Source of the DNA: the human T2T-CHM13v2.0 reference genome, Homo sapiens | Assembly (NCBI RefSeq): GCF_009914755.1 | Contig: NC_060942.1 | Strand: one strand, 5' to 3' | Length of the DNA: 64,000 bases | Shown here: positions 24,936 to 39,017 of the stretch, one piece after another | How positions within the stretch are numbered: position 1 is the stretch's first letter | How the letters are laid out: each line of letters opens with the position of its first letter | Position numbers and translations under genes: made by a program | The notes under the pieces: model-generated | What the model was told of the DNA's origin: nothing | The model's input: the letters and a program-made list of their open reading frames with translations, nothing else | Databases searched by the model: none

Positions 24936-26719
24936 AGTATATTTTTGGAATGCAAGATTTACTAAGACCCCTGAATACCATGTAGTCTTTTGTTGTTCAA
25001 GCTATGTTTCATAGATATCTGGAGCTCCATGGGGTGATTGCCAGGAGCAGACAGATAGGCCAAACAAAGAGGATGCCATCCAACTTCCCTTCCTACTGAC
25101 CTTTCAATAACTCCACCCTCTAATACTGGACAACAACTAATCTTCTCTAACTACCACCTTGTCTTACGATAAAGAGTCAGTGGGCCATGTCTGAAAGCTC
25201 CTCTATGACCAGAGAATACCTGGAAGCTTTCTTCCCTATTCAGCCAGTACTCTCTTCCTTTTACTGTCTGCTGGAGTTGGCACTCATTGAAAATGCCTGG
25301 GACAGCACCACTGATGAGAGAGACTCTTAAGAGTCTTACATCCTCATGTAGACAATTACAAGCGCTGTAATCTGAGTGTATTCCTTACTCTTACCCACTC
25401 CTCTGCCTTATATTCTGGGGGAGTGGCTGCAGGACTGGCCTCCTTAGGCAAGGATCTAACTTCTGGTTCTCAGAGATGTGTAGACTGATTGGGAAATTAG
25501 CTTATTTTGCATGCTCAAGATCTCCATCCCGGAAGCAGGACTCAATGATGCTTCAAAAATAGGGCCCAGTGGCATTGAAGGATATTTATCTGAAGAATTG
25601 AAAATTGTTCTATTGACTATAATGCATCATCCTTTGCTTCTTAAGACCTCAGGTCTCTATAGAATCTGCAAAGACAATAGGTCTATATTCCGTGATGACT
25701 AGAGTGACTTAGAGGTTAAAATACAAATTGTAATGGAATAGAAGGGGGCATGTGCAGGGAATGAGTAAAAGAAATGGCAAGATGAAGTTGAAGTCATGAG
25801 AATTAATTTCACAGGAAGGTTCTTATTGCCCCCTTTAGCAGCTAAAATTCACATACAGGCACATCTTAAGTAATGTGTCGAGCTGTCCGAAAGATAATTT
25901 GAATCCTGTCAAGGCAAACAAGAATATGCTCACAAATTCAAGAGTAATATATGTGAAATTTGCACAACATCAGTTTCTTTGGTTGTTTTTGGATGGAGCC
26001 ATCACCATCAATTAAGTTAGTGACTCTTTGATTCAAATTACTTTTTGACATGTAGTCAACTAAATGGCTCACACAAGCATTATTTTCTGCAGGGTTCCCT
26101 AGGCAGCCATATAGTAAATGTAAACAGGTGGGAAGGCAGAACAGCACTGCTGCAGAAGCAACCTCCTCCCCCTTGCAGCAGAGAGAATAATAACATGAAG
26201 AAATATGGAGATATTATTAGATGGCCAGGAATAAAGCTTCTAAAAAAAGAGATTTGCATATTTATTATATCTTGCTACCGATTCAATATTTCTCTACTTG
26301 AGGTTGCCTCTTAACCCCACATTGGGCTCTTATAATCAAGTCTCAGAAGCGAAGCAAGGGTAAGGCTGACTCTCAGACTACAGAAAGATCATATGCCCTG
26401 ATATAAACTTGAACTTGACAGGAGTGGCGATGGAGAACAGTGATATTATTGACAATGTCACAGAAATAAAGCCTCATGGAACAAACATGTTTTCAGAAGC
26501 ATATGTGTTAGAGAGCATGTGCTCAGAGAATGAAGATATTTAATTATGATTTTTTAATGCACAAAATGAGGGATTGACCTCCGGCAACTTTTTCATTATC
26601 ATGGTCAGATCAGTTATACCATTAAGGCCAAAGTTATCCATATTCAGGATAGACTTGGTTGAGATTTTCAATAGATTAAACGAAGTTCTCAGGTGTTAGA
26701 AATTATTCAGTCCCATGCC

Positions 26720-26865
26720 CAGCTGCCTCCACATTAAGACTAAGAGCAGGGATTCCACCTATTTTGTTCGCAGCAATGTCCCCAGAGCTATACCATATCT
26801 GGCACATAGTAAGTGAAAAAGTAGACAACAAAATAAAACTCTGTTGGTAAAGTGTATGAATTAAT
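26720..26865 (+). mobile_element. L2 3' end
   Basis: 'gagcagggattccacctattttgttcgcagcaatgtccccagagcta...tctggcacatagtaagtg'. Confidence 0.7.
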
Positions 26866-26889
26866 CAAAAAATAAATTAACTTTACATT

Positions 26890-27090
26890 TGGTGGTTAGA
26901 ACAAAGAAAATCTAAATTCTGGTCATGGCTTTGTATTAACCAGCTATGGACATCTGGGATCACTTCAGTTCTTCAGGGCTCTGTCATACTTCTCTATAAA
27001 ATGGGATAATAACACAAATTCCAACTATTTTAGGGCCAATAGAAAGACAACATGATAGAATCCATGTGAAAATAGCTTGAGAAGCTGGGA
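26890..27090 (+). mobile_element. MIR (MIRb/c-like)
   Basis: 'aattctggtcatggctttgtattaaccagctatgga...tcacttcagttcttcagggctctg...ctctataaaatgggataataacac'. Confidence 0.7.
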
Positions 27091-27706
27091 ACACTGAACG
27101 AAGTAAACGGTTGTTTTTGTTTTATCATCACTTCCTACAGACATTGGTTCTTAAATAAGAACATTTCTAAAGGGAGGAAGTAGCACAAATCCCTGAGCTG
27201 CCTACACTACAGTCCAATTTGATATTTCTTATGCACAAGATAAAATGTTTCATGCTAAGATATACAATTCCAATACCTTTGTGTTTACTGGTTTATAAAA
27301 TTCAGGAGCATAAAATCCCAAGTTTCCTTGGGTTTTTGCCAAGCACAGAATACAGATGGAAAGCTGAACATTAAGCCTGTTATGCCAAACTTAAATTTGG
27401 CCATAAATTGCTGGATAGTTTCAGTTCAAAGAAACTCGGCAGTATTATCTTTAAAGCAAATTACAACTGAAAACCAGAAACCAGGGCAGGAAAAAACTGA
27501 AAGAGAGGAGAGAAAGTGTTTTCAAAGGAAACAAGGACAAAGCAGGTCCATTTTCAGCTCAGTCTGAATGCTCATTTGTGTTGTCTCATCTTTCCTGCTA
27601 TACTAAAATCACTTTTATTCATTCACTCATTAAATAAACATTTACACAATGCCCCCTAGGCCCAAGGCCTGTGGAGGTCGTAATTAAAAAGCCATACTTA
27701 TTGCTC

Positions 27707-27860
27707 TGTATCAGTGAGGGTTCTTCAGTTGCAATCAAACAGAGAAAAATATATATAAAAATAAAACTCTAGCTAACTTACTCAAAAAGAGAACTTGCTG
27801 TTAGGGTATGGGAAAGTGGAAATGGGCTGAAAGGCTAAGGGGAAACTCAGGATTTAGAAA
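27707..27860 (-). mobile_element. MLT1-type LTR end fragment
   Basis: 'tgtatcagtgagggttcttcagttgcaatcaaacaga...aaactctagctaacttactcaaaaagagaacttg'. Confidence 0.55.
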
Positions 27861-28120
27861 AGATGCAGAATGTGTTTGCAGCAGATGAGAACTTGGAAGT
27901 TTGATAGTAGACATTGTCTCCAGTTGTACTCAGATCCTACTGTTAGAGTGAATGAATCACAACTATTAATAAAGTGGTACCAAGAATATTGAAGTTTAGA
28001 GAGAGGGCAATGAAATGCTGGAGTTTTAAGAGAACAGTTAAGGAAGGCTTCACTGCGAAGGGTGATGGCATCAGAAAATTTTAGTCTTGGCATTGCAAAT
28101 CATTCTTGTTTATGGTATCC

Positions 28121-28428
<308 letters not shown>

Positions 28429-29524
28429 TCCTTTTTCTGTTTCGTGAGTTCTGACAGTCCATGGAGATCATTTTTCTCATAGCCAGGAGTAACTCATTCC
28501 TAAAAAAAAAAAAAAAAGATTAAAAACAGGGCATTGTCAGTTCTGTGTTCTGTACAGTTGTTCCCTACAGATTCCTTTTGGTGGAATCCCAGAGTGAAAC
28601 TGCCATACATTTGAATCTAACATATAATGAGTAGGTCTCGTAATCAAGATGCATGAGGTGATGAGAAACACTCATTTTAGTTTCATTTTGCTTTATTTTT
28701 CCTTAAACTTGAGGACAAATGTTACATACCTTCAGGGAATTTTAAATTCAGGATGTTTAAGTTGCAGCAATTTCACTTTAAGACATGTGAAGTAGAAATA
28801 GATTTGAAAAGATACCCTTTAAAGCCATTGAAATCAAATAATTTAGCGGAAGTGTCTAGAAGAGATCCTGATACAAATTCTGAGATAGTGAAGGATGAAC
28901 TTAAAGTCTGTAGGTAAATAACGTTAAGACCTGTTTATTCAATAAATTCGTAGTGACCACCTGCTGAGCACAAAAATCCCCTGGTACAAAAGCAAGGGAG
29001 CTATAGTTGAGGACATCTGGGGCCACTCTGCCTAGGGACAAAGCATCATGTGCTCAAGTGTCTTCTGGGTATTACTGACCAGCAGCAAAGAACATTAAGG
29101 ATGAGAGAACACCCAAAGTACGTTCTTAAGGAATAATGATAATTTTGTCATTTCTCAGCCTCACTTCAGAGTAAATAATAGGCTTATTGAAATACCTCTG
29201 TTTGGGGGACTGAGACAAGAAGCAGTGTCCATTATAAAATTGTTCCAAAGCAGTTGTACTATCAGATGTTATCCAGGTTTCACATGGAACAAGGAGGTAG
29301 AAAGAGAGCCTATCTGTAGGGGGGTTGCACAGCCCAAGATACAGATGGTAGAAATGGGTGGGTGAGGCATGGAGGCTGATGGGCCTGCTCTGGCTGGATA
29401 TGAGAGGTGAAAAGGGCAGGGAAGAGAGGGAAACAAAGGTAGTTCTCAGACATCACAGCAGAGAGAAAGTGGTAGATATTGCATAACCATTGAATCATTA
29501 GTTCTCATAGCAGGTATATAAAAT

Positions 29525-29640
29525 ACAAAATCTTATCTCCATTTTACAAGTGAGAAAACGATGCTCTGAAAAAAATATATCCAAGTTTCTACAGTAAATA
29601 AATAGTAGTATTTGCTCATTTGGATCTATGTGGCACCTTT
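29525..29640 (-). mobile_element. MIR fragment
   Basis: 'ttatctccattttacaagtgagaaaacgatgctctga...tccaagtttctacagtaaataaatagtag'. Confidence 0.6.
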
Positions 29641-29914
29641 TTTCATTCCAGCATCACATCACATTAAAATTATTTGTATCTTTTTCTTTCCAAAAATAAA
29701 TTATCTCCTTGAGAAAAGTGCCCATATTTTACTGTTACTCATATATTTACAACAGAACACGGCATAGCATTCTGATTTTTCCAAAATGTTGTTTAGTAAT
29801 AGTGTAAGAAGAAATCTCTGAGTTTTCTTCCAAACTTGTTTTCTTGTTCTAAAACCTCTGACCTGAAGACCTTAACTATGCATAGTCATTCTTACTCTTC
29901 TTGGTGTTACATAC

Positions 29915-30170
29915 CACATCATTATGGTCACTGTGACTACATGGTGCAAGTTACTACCAACCTTCTGATTTACTGCCAAAGCTCCCTACCTATTCTTCCC
30001 GTTGCTGACTTTGTCTCTGCACAGTCTTTCTCAACCTAACATCAAGAATGAGCCAAAGGAAGTATCCCAGATTACGTTACTCCTCTGCTCAAAACCCTGC
30101 AGTGGCACCTCATGTCATTCAAGTTAAAAGTGCCTACATTGACTTAGAAGGCTTTACATCATCTATCCCA
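29915..30170 (+). mobile_element. L2 fragment
   Basis: 'cagattacgttactcctctgctcaaaaccctgcagtggcacctcatgtcattcaagttaaaag'. Confidence 0.75.
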
Positions 30171-30748
30171 AGTCAATCTTCTCTCGCTAGTCTTGTCTCA
30201 TTTAATCCAAGTCCCTAGATTACTGCCCTAGATGATCACAAATCTCATAAAAATGAATGAGTGAATTCTTTTTTTGGAGTAAGGTAAAATCGACATCGAC
30301 CCTTCTCCAAATAACAGCACTAGAGATTTTGAAGAACCTTCCAAGGATTTTTCTTCCTGGATCTAATCACTTCCATCTCCCAATCATTCTTCTTGTAGTG
30401 CAGCTTTCAGAGTCTTTCTTCTGAAGATTCAGTCTAGATTTTCCATGTCTTTCTCAATATGTGGTTTTACAAATTGAATTCTACTGTAGGTGCAACATAA
30501 CCATTCTAGAACAATATAAATCTCATCAAATCTTGGCCAACTGACTTAAAAATCTAATTACTTACCCTGGTAATATCACTAAATCTAAAAAGTGAAACTG
30601 TTATTAACTTTTTTAATTCACTGTATATTAATTGTACAAAATTATTATTATGCTTTTTAAGAAGTGGTTTAATTGCCATCCACACATTGACTGGGGCCTA
30701 CTTGCTACTCAGGTTTTGCCTCTGACTGTGGAAAGAAATACCTTATTT

Positions 30749-30795
30749 TATGTATGTGTGTATGTATGTGTGTGTGTGTATGTATGTATGTGTAT
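30749..30795. repeat. Compound (TATG)/(TG)n microsatellite
   Basis: Directly visible. Confidence 0.9.
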
Positions 30796-32494
30796 CAATT
30801 CACTCTTCCTCATTGTATTGAACTACATTCATGATTAGCATGCTTTAGAGAAGTAGTATCTACCTGAGGTGATAGGACAGCCCTGGTCGGGTCAGTGTGG
30901 ATGTTTTAAGATTTCTGTGGAGTAAAGGCCATGAAGGAAACCCAGACACTGTCAGAGAGACCACTTGGTGTCCAGGCCTTTTGGGGTTGATGACCAGTTT
31001 GTTTATGACAAGTGACTGACAGGCTGTGAAATTACATGGAAGATCTACAGTCCACACATGAACACTGATTTATTAAATCAAATGGATGAGAAAGGGCATG
31101 ATGTCTGAAGAAGCAAATGTATGCAGTTTTACCCCCTCCAGAAAGATGTCCTAGATTAAAATACATGACAGATGCGGAAATGATAAGTCATCTCAGACCA
31201 CTGGCATACGTCTATGGGCCCAAGATATAGATGAGATGAAAAGCTTTTTAATTTTTCCCCAGCTATGATGGACTAATCAAAGGAGAGAGCATTAATTTTA
31301 AAAAAATGTAAATCTCTTTATAAGGACAGGACACCAAATCTGGAATTACTGAGGCACAGTACACACATGTTGTGAGAGAATAGCTCTCTTTACATTTTGC
31401 TCTTAGCAACCAAGGCAGGCAGAAGTTATTCTGGACCTTGTCTGGGGCTGGAGCCAAGTATGACATGTAGGAAAGAAATCAGCAAACGTCTAGGGTCGAC
31501 TGATCATTATATATTCAGATAAGAAATGCTCCTCAGGGTATATGTGGGGAAATAGCATCTCAAAAAGTTAATGCACTTTTTAAAAGTCTAGTTTTAAGAG
31601 TGTAAAATATGCCATAAATTGAAGCAAGAACATTATCAACAGTAGTCATGAAAACCTACTACTATGAAAAACCAGGAAATATTGCATTTAATTGGAAGAT
31701 GTGAGGAATGCATGCTAACTATAGTCATTCTAATAGAATCCTAGGATTCAGAGCCAGACATGCAAAGATAGGGAATAGTGAAATGCAAAAATAAGTAGGT
31801 GCAATCTTAAGTATTTGAAAATTTAAAACAATGTGTCAACGGAGTGCACTGGTCTTACAAGAAGAATAGGTAGCCCTTGCTGAAATAAATGGAGTGAAAA
31901 TATATCCTTAAAAAATCCAAAGAATTCCCCCATCTACCACATTTCCTGGTGTTTTTACGTAATTGAAAATTATTCATTGAGAAAAAAGATAATGATGAAG
32001 ATGGTGATGTTTCCTGTGGGTTTCACTGGTAGATTATGATAACTAAATCTTTTCTAGTTTGGTGAAAATTTAGCCACTTCTGGAGGAATCACAGCATGGA
32101 GTCATGGGAGGAATAAATCACTTGACCATAGTGTATTCTAGTTAAAATGGGAAAGAAAGGAAATGGCATTAAGTCTTCAGGTTTACCAGGAAATCCGTTA
32201 TCCTGCCCTATCCATCCATCTATTGAAACTGTAATTCAAAATACACACTCAAAGCCCTACCTCCTCTGAAAAGCTTTCTCAAGATTAATTATTATGGTTC
32301 ATGTTCATAGGATCAGCTCTCTCACACATGTACACACACAACACATTCACACACAGTAAAATATACATGTTCCTACCCCTTTACACCTTCTTTACCCTTA
32401 TTATTCATGTTTTCTTCATTTATCATGCCTCATGTAGTGTATTCTGAATCACAGCTTCTGTTGATGTTGTGAAAACACAGTTCTCTTTGAACAA

Positions 32495-32960
32495 ATTATC
32501 CAGTAGTTTCTCATCTTCAGAGGAAGACTCTTCTAGTGACCCACAAGACCTTACTTAATCTCCACTTTCACCATTTTGCAATCCTTATCTTTCTGATCTT
32601 CTGTATCCTACCCTGGCCTTCTTTCGACCCTTCAAACACACTAAACATATGCATGTCTCAGGCTCTCTGCCAAGAACACTCTTCCTTCAGATATCTATCT
32701 ACAAGATGTCTTCCTTCCTTTAGTATTGCTCTAACACCCCACTCCTGAGTGAGAGCATCTCTGATAACCTAAATTAATATCACCCATCACTCCAGATCCA
32801 CTTACCTAATATTTTATATACATTGCTTACATACATTTTGCTTTTTCTCTTTCTAACTTCTCCCACCTAATTGTGCAACTAGAATAGACCTCCACAATGG
32901 CATTAACTGTGTCCATTTTGCTGAATGCTATATCCCTAATGCCTAGAAAAATGCACATTC
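32495..32960 (+). mobile_element. L2 (L2a-like) 3' region
   Basis: 'ccctggccttctttcgacccttcaaacacactaaacatatgcatgtctcagg' and 'tgtgtccattttgctgaatgctatatccctaatgcctagaa'. Confidence 0.75.
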
Positions 32961-32999
32961 ACTGAGTTGATTAGGCCCACCTCGCCATTCATACACTGA

Positions 33000-33170
33000 C
33001 AACATTATGATAAGGTGTTATTCCTGTTTTTTGTTTTTGTTTGTTTGTTTGTTTGTTTGTTTGTTTTTATATATTAGGAAAGGAAACCAAGAGGTTAAGT
33101 AACTGACCTCAAATTACAACGGGAAAATGGAGGTTGAATCCAGGAAAGTCCAACTTAGATGCTGTACACT
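33000..33170 (-). mobile_element. MIR fragment containing a (TTTG)n expansion at 33026-33068
   Basis: 'aaggtgttattcctgttt...aggaaaccaagaggttaagtaactgacctcaaattacaac...ttgaatccagg'. Confidence 0.65.
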
Positions 33171-33189
33171 TATAGATTCACAGACAGAA

Positions 33190-33615
33190 ATGTCCTAGGA
33201 TATTCACAACAACAGTACTTGTAACACCTTCCAGCTGTATATTCAAACGCCCATCAGCAGCAGAGTGAAAATATCCACACAATGGAGCACTAAAAAATGA
33301 ACATATTTTGAGTAAAGGATTCTAGGAATATGAGTCTATATTGTATAATTTCATTTATATATATACTGATGTATGTAACAAACCAAAAAAAAGCAAAACT
33401 GAGTTATGTCATCAGAAGTCAGGATGGCAGTTATTATCGTTGGGGGTGGCGGTAGTAGTGAGTAGATGGAAACAAGAGATGATCTTCTAGGGTGCTGCTA
33501 ATATTCTGATTTTGTACCTTGAAGTAGGTAAGTGAGTGCATTAAGCTTGTGAGAATTTACTGTTTTGTAACCTTATGATATATGCAAAATATTCCATGTG
33601 TATTTGCCATAGAAA
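33190..33615 (+). mobile_element. L1ME 3' end fragment
   Basis: 'caaacgcccatcagcagcagagtg' and 'tcagaagtcaggatggcagtta...cttctagggtgctgctaatattctg'. Confidence 0.7.
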
Positions 33616-33619
33616 GTAT

Positions 33620-34000
33620 TCTTAGATGCCCCCCCTCCAATTTCCAAACCCCTGTTGCACATACCTTGCCTCAGTCCCTGCCTTCGAGTGTGAGTGGGAC
33701 CTGTGAATATAATGGGATGGTCACTTATTTGATTAGGTTCGTTTTCATTACAAAATGATGGGATTATCACCCGCATGACTATGCTACCTGACATAAGACT
33801 CTGTTATAGCCGAAAAGGCAGAAATTCTCCTGCTGACTTTGATAAAGTAGCTGCTATGCTGTAAGAGAGCCAGGAAGAAGAATCTGAGGGAGGCCTCTAG
33901 GAGCTGAGAGTGACCTCCAGCCAATAGTCAGCAAGAAAACAGGGACCTCAGTCTATAGTTATACGCAACTCAATCCTGACAACAGTCTGAGTGAGCTATA
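33620..34000 (+). mobile_element. MLT1E/F-like MaLR LTR, partial
   Basis: 'ttcgagtgtgagtgggacctgtgaatataatggga' and 'ggcctctaggagctgagagtgacctccagccaatagtcagcaagaaaacagggacctcagtc'. Confidence 0.8.
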
Positions 34001-36339
34001 ATAGTTGTAAGAGTTCAAGCCTACAAGAGTCAGGCACTAAGCCTGGAAAAGAAATGTAATTGGTCTTTCCTCTCTCACAATGGAATTCTTTCCGTGAGAT
34101 CCTTGCAATTTGCATAGAGTAAGTCTCCTGGATATAAGAATGCAAATGAAGCCGATTTGGGAAGGAAAATAGGCATTTTTCTAATAGACAAATAGGAGTT
34201 TGATGTTATTATGTAAAACTTACTAAGAGATGTGACTTTATTTTGTACCCCAAATGACTGAATGAGAACACTTCCATTAAAAAATATATTATATATATGC
34301 ATATACATGCATAATATACACCCATATGCATGCATAATATATATATCCATAAATATAATAACTCTGTGACCCAATAAAAAAGTCTGAGAATTGTATGTGT
34401 TTGATAAGAATGCATGGCTATAAGTTGATGAAAGTTAGATTTAAATTTTATATTAAGAATGGTGTAATTGTCAATTACATGCAACATGGGATCCAATGAC
34501 AAGTAAACTTAACCATTAAATCTGAGCAAACTGAACTTTATCTCTCTTTTGAGATTCACAAAAATTTTGATTAGGACAATTGACAGCCCTAAACAGAGCA
34601 TGTGGCTGGTTGAAAAGGGAAATAGCCATGGTCTTTTCTCACCTCTCATAGGGAACTTTTGGGTCTTTCTGCTTTATACTGTCCTATGTTAAGACTCTAC
34701 CTACAGAGAGACAATAGGTAGAATCTTAACATAGGACAATATAAAGCAGAAAGACCCAAAAGTTCTTCCCTTTCTTCTTTCTTCTTTGCTCCTTCTTGCT
34801 CTTTTTTTCATCACCTCCATTAGAACGTGGATGCTCCAGGAAGAACTCCAAACACATGCAACTTTTTCTGTGTGGTCTCCTCTTGTAAGAGCAGTACCAA
34901 TAAGACCTGACACATCAATAACTGTCTCTGGAATGGGCAAAGGAAGGGATGAATCCTTGAATGAATACATCAACCTATCTTCTCTGCTAATAAGAGCTGG
35001 GTCTGCTTGAGGAGGAGCAGCTCCATGGGGTGTTGTTCATTGGCTTAGATTCCGAATAGCTAACAGGCCTCCCCTCCTCACTGTTGTACCTCAGCCCCAT
35101 AGTGACAGTGAAAGAGTTGACAGGATGTCAGCTGACCCTTATTGATTATGCATGATCTCATTAGCAATACTTCGGCCCAGCATGACCTAATCCTTGCCAG
35201 AAAGGCTGTGATATATGAGGACCAGCACTTTGTCATTTGATGTTAGGCAAATGGACAGATCACTTAGTACCTGTGGTGCCCAAAGACATACTCCCTCATG
35301 CTTTGAGGAGATAGCTAGGAGAGCAAACTACACAGTGAGCTATGTGGGTCAGACAAGTCACTGAGAGCCCATCTTGGCTGCACATCTAGTTATTTATTTA
35401 TGTTTTGTTTGCTAAAAATTCTTATGTTGTGGCAGCCCTGGGACATGTGTCCCAGTAAATTGTAAAGTCAGACATGCTTGGAGCAAACCTGCTGAGATCC
35501 TTGGGGTTTGAGACTTCATTCCCTTTGATAAAAGGACAATGTTCTAACCTGCCCTCTTCCTACCCCTGCTCCCTGCCCCTTCCAAAAGGCAGCCTTGACA
35601 CCATGGGCTGGGCAGAGAAATTACTGAACACGTGAGAACACTGAGGCCTAGGGAATAAGAGTAGGTGATTGACCAGACCATGGCCATGGCCAGCATTAAT
35701 TGTACCATTGTGTGATTTATAAGAAGAAAATCCCTTTTCCTCCAAGTTAAAGAGCTGCTAAAAGATGCTGTTTTCTCTGAACTTAAGCAGTCCATTGTCA
35801 GCTCCCATTTTCTCTCTGGTGACCATCTTTGTGCAGTATACAAACTGTGCAAACTTGGTCTTGAGTTCTCAGCACAGTGTGGCTGGCTTAGTCTTATCTT
35901 GGGGAACTTGCAGTCATAGAGGAGCTATCTCAATAACCAGGCTGGGCATGCTGAGCCACTGCGGGCAGTGACTATGGAAACATGGCGTCTTGAAAGGAAT
36001 ATTTCATCTAGAAGCTAACACCTGATGCTGTCCTCTGCTTTTGCAAGTAAGCAACCAGATTCTAGAGAAAGCAAGTTCTATAATTGTCCTGTTTAAGTTA
36101 CTTAAAGAAGAATATAGCACAGGTAGGGAGGCCTGCAAAAATTCACCCCCAATATGCTTGACTAGACAAAAGAAAAGACATAACTTCTGTTCAGAAATAA
36201 ATGATTCTTCCACTCCAAGCACAATGGCTGACTGTTCAGAGAAAAAAAAAAAATCCTCCCTTGTTTCAATCATCCTCTTTATTAGTACTCTCCCATGACT
36301 AAGCCAGTCAGGGGAGAATCATCAGTAAATATTGCTTAT

Positions 36340-36670
36340 TAAATGCTTGAGTCAGGTTATCTGCCTGTCAAGAGGAGCAGGTGGGCGTGTGTTGGGGCCA
36401 TTGCTGCTGAGTGAGCATTCTTGGCCTCCCTGAATACTCCTCAGCGGCACCCATCCTTTAATAAGTGTTGTGTTCGCTGCCCTTTTTAAAATGATTGAAT
36501 TATGGCTTTTTATGGCTCTATAAAAGCCTTTATTAATTTTGGAAAGCCGCTGCATCTTCTGATTCTGTCCAGTCCCTGCCGGGAGGTTAAATTATTCATG
36601 CAGATTCCAATTGGCTACGTTGATTGTGTTCTGAGAACAACAACATGCAGGGCTCTTTGTTTTCCATGAA
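36340..36670. promoter_or_regulatory. Candidate developmental enhancer (motif cluster in apparently unique sequence)
   Basis: TGAGTCA, CTGTCA, CAGGTG, TGATTGAAT, TTTTATGG, TTTATTA, TAAATTATTCATGCA, TTCTGAGAA and CTTTGT within ~320 bp. Motif evidence only. Confidence 0.4.
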
Positions 36671-37296
36671 GGTTGGGGGCAAGGTTAGGAAGAAGGCAAG
36701 AAGGGTGTGGGTATCCTAAAAGGCATTATTGCAAGGGCCTCATGGGGCCTCCACGGTGTGGGGAGAGAGAGAAGAAGGCCTTGGAGTGGTAAAGGGAATT
36801 GTTGGACAACCATCCAAACTTGGGGAAAGAGACAAGGGACTTTAACAATGTCCAGTCAAGGGATGCATTCACATGTATGTGAGTGTGCTCAGGCAAATGC
36901 CTGTGTGTTAGCCTTTCTACCACGGCTTTTTAAAATACTTCTCAAAATGAGAATAAAATATTATTTTTATAGAGCTCTTTCTAGCTTACGATGTGCTTTC
37001 GAACATATTATCTCATTTTTATGTTGAGCGCCCTGTAATTGCATATGCTGCTGAAATAGCTATTTTACCATGTTCATTTCATGTGGCACAAGGGTGAGCC
37101 TCAGGAAGGTGGTATTGCCAAGTGCTATGTAGCTCCCAAGTGGCTGCTCTGAAAAGTAACAAGGTCTTTAGGTTCGAAGTCTAGAGCTGTTTCTGTGCTA
37201 ACCCTGCCCTCCCTGTTGTTTCTAGCTGGAGAGTTTGTGAAGGAAATGTTGCCCTGGAACCTTTCCCACTGCCATCTCTCATGGGCATCCCTACCT

Positions 37297-37382
37297 CACA
37301 CATATGTGCACAAGTGCACACACACGCACACACATGCACACACACACTTGTGTGTGCACACATATGTGCCCAAACACGTGCT
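37297..37382. repeat. Imperfect CA/TG alternating purine-pyrimidine tract with dyad symmetry
   Basis: 'cacatatgtgcacaagtgcacacacacgcacacacatgcacacacacacttgtgtgtgcacacatatgtg'. Confidence 0.85.
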
Positions 37383-39017
37383 TGTAAGTTAAATATATCC
37401 AGCCTTATCTCTTACCACTTCTCCAAGAATCCCAAACCCCCTCAAAATTGCCCCTCCCTGGCACTTGTTCTCAGACCTTGTAACCCACTGATTGCTTCTT
37501 TCTTTAGTCTCTGCTACTCTCCCACCTAGAATAATCTATGGATTCAAAAGTTGCCTCTTCTGTGACTTTTTCCCTAGGTAATCCCATCTCATTCCATACT
37601 GCAAACTCTTCCTAAATCAGAAGGGACTGAGGAGGACAGAACATGGGTGCCACTCAGAATCAGGACTGAGTATACAGAAGCAGACCGAGTCACCTGTGGC
37701 CATTAGTCTATAATTCATGAATAGGGACACCAGCCTTGCCTAGCCCACTTCTCAAGGCTATGGAGGGACAAGTGAGACAGTACATAAAGAGAGGATCATA
37801 GGAACTGCAAACCATTGCATGCGTTTTATACTGTGGTATCTGGTGCTTTGAGAAATAGAAAATAAGGCCAGAGAAATCAAGAAAACCTGGTGTCATCAGA
37901 GAAGCTCCTAATAATCCTTTTGGTTTGGGACTACCATGGCTTTTCATTGAGAAACTGACAGTGGTAGGATATGGCTGCTGAGTTTCAAGGATGTTGGGAA
38001 GCTGCATTTGACTCTTAGAAGAAAATGCTGAGAAACGGCTTAGGGTGAGAATCCACGAAACAAGTGACTAGACTTGGGCTAAACCTGAGGAGCCCTCAGC
38101 CTAGGACCAAGAGAAATCCCATTAACCAGAACCAAGGGCATCAAAAAGGTCAGCCTGGCTTGATGCTGAGTTGAGCCTTGCACTAACTTAGGGCTCCCCA
38201 AATATTCTACCAGCCCTAGAAGGACAGTTGGTTTTAGACAGGAGCAATGCTATATAGATGGGCCAAATGTATAATGTATGGCCTCAGCAATGGCCAAAGG
38301 GCAGGGTGAGGCCCTCCATCATCACAGTTCCAGAAGATAACCAGCACAAAGAGACTCACTTTACTGGGTGTGCTCACCCTAACTCCCCTTACACACACAC
38401 ACAGCCCCTGCATCCTCCATGCCTAACTCACCAAGTATCAGCTCCAGAGCAAAAAGAAAACCTGGAGTCACAGAGCTTTGGAGAGCACAGGTCAGTTTAA
38501 AACACATGACATTTCCAATGCTTCTAAGCTGTTAGTTCCAAAAGTTTTAAGCCTTCTTAAATTCCCTTGATATTCCATATGCTGTCATCTGGCTACTCTA
38601 CAAAGCAATCATTTGGAGGCACTATGGCTTTTGTGAATACTGGCAAGTCCTGTATGTTCTCTTCCTGTTTCCATTTGTCTCCCCTCTCTCTCCTCTTTCT
38701 GTTCATGGCTATTCTTTCCCTGTTACTTCACAGCATTTCAATTTGGCTTTCTGCTTTTTAACCCCTCCCTTCGTTGTGAACTAGATACCACTGAGAAGCT
38801 AGTTTTCTGCATTAACATTGAGAAGTTGGCTGCTGTTTTTCTGCAATCTGTCACTTCTGTGTGACTCATAACCCCTTCCGTGTGTCCCGCTCCATCCTGT
38901 GGCAACAGCCCTCGTCTCATCCAAGAGAAAGTTGTGGGACAACCGCCTTATCATTAGAGTACTGGGGACAAAGGAGTGTTTTTCAGAGATGACTAACATA
39001 CAGAAAATAAAACTTCA

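Noticed and set aside
25321-25336. Perfect 16-bp palindrome agactcttaagagtct
   Set aside because: About one 8+8 palindrome is expected by chance in 64 kb, and there is no supporting context.
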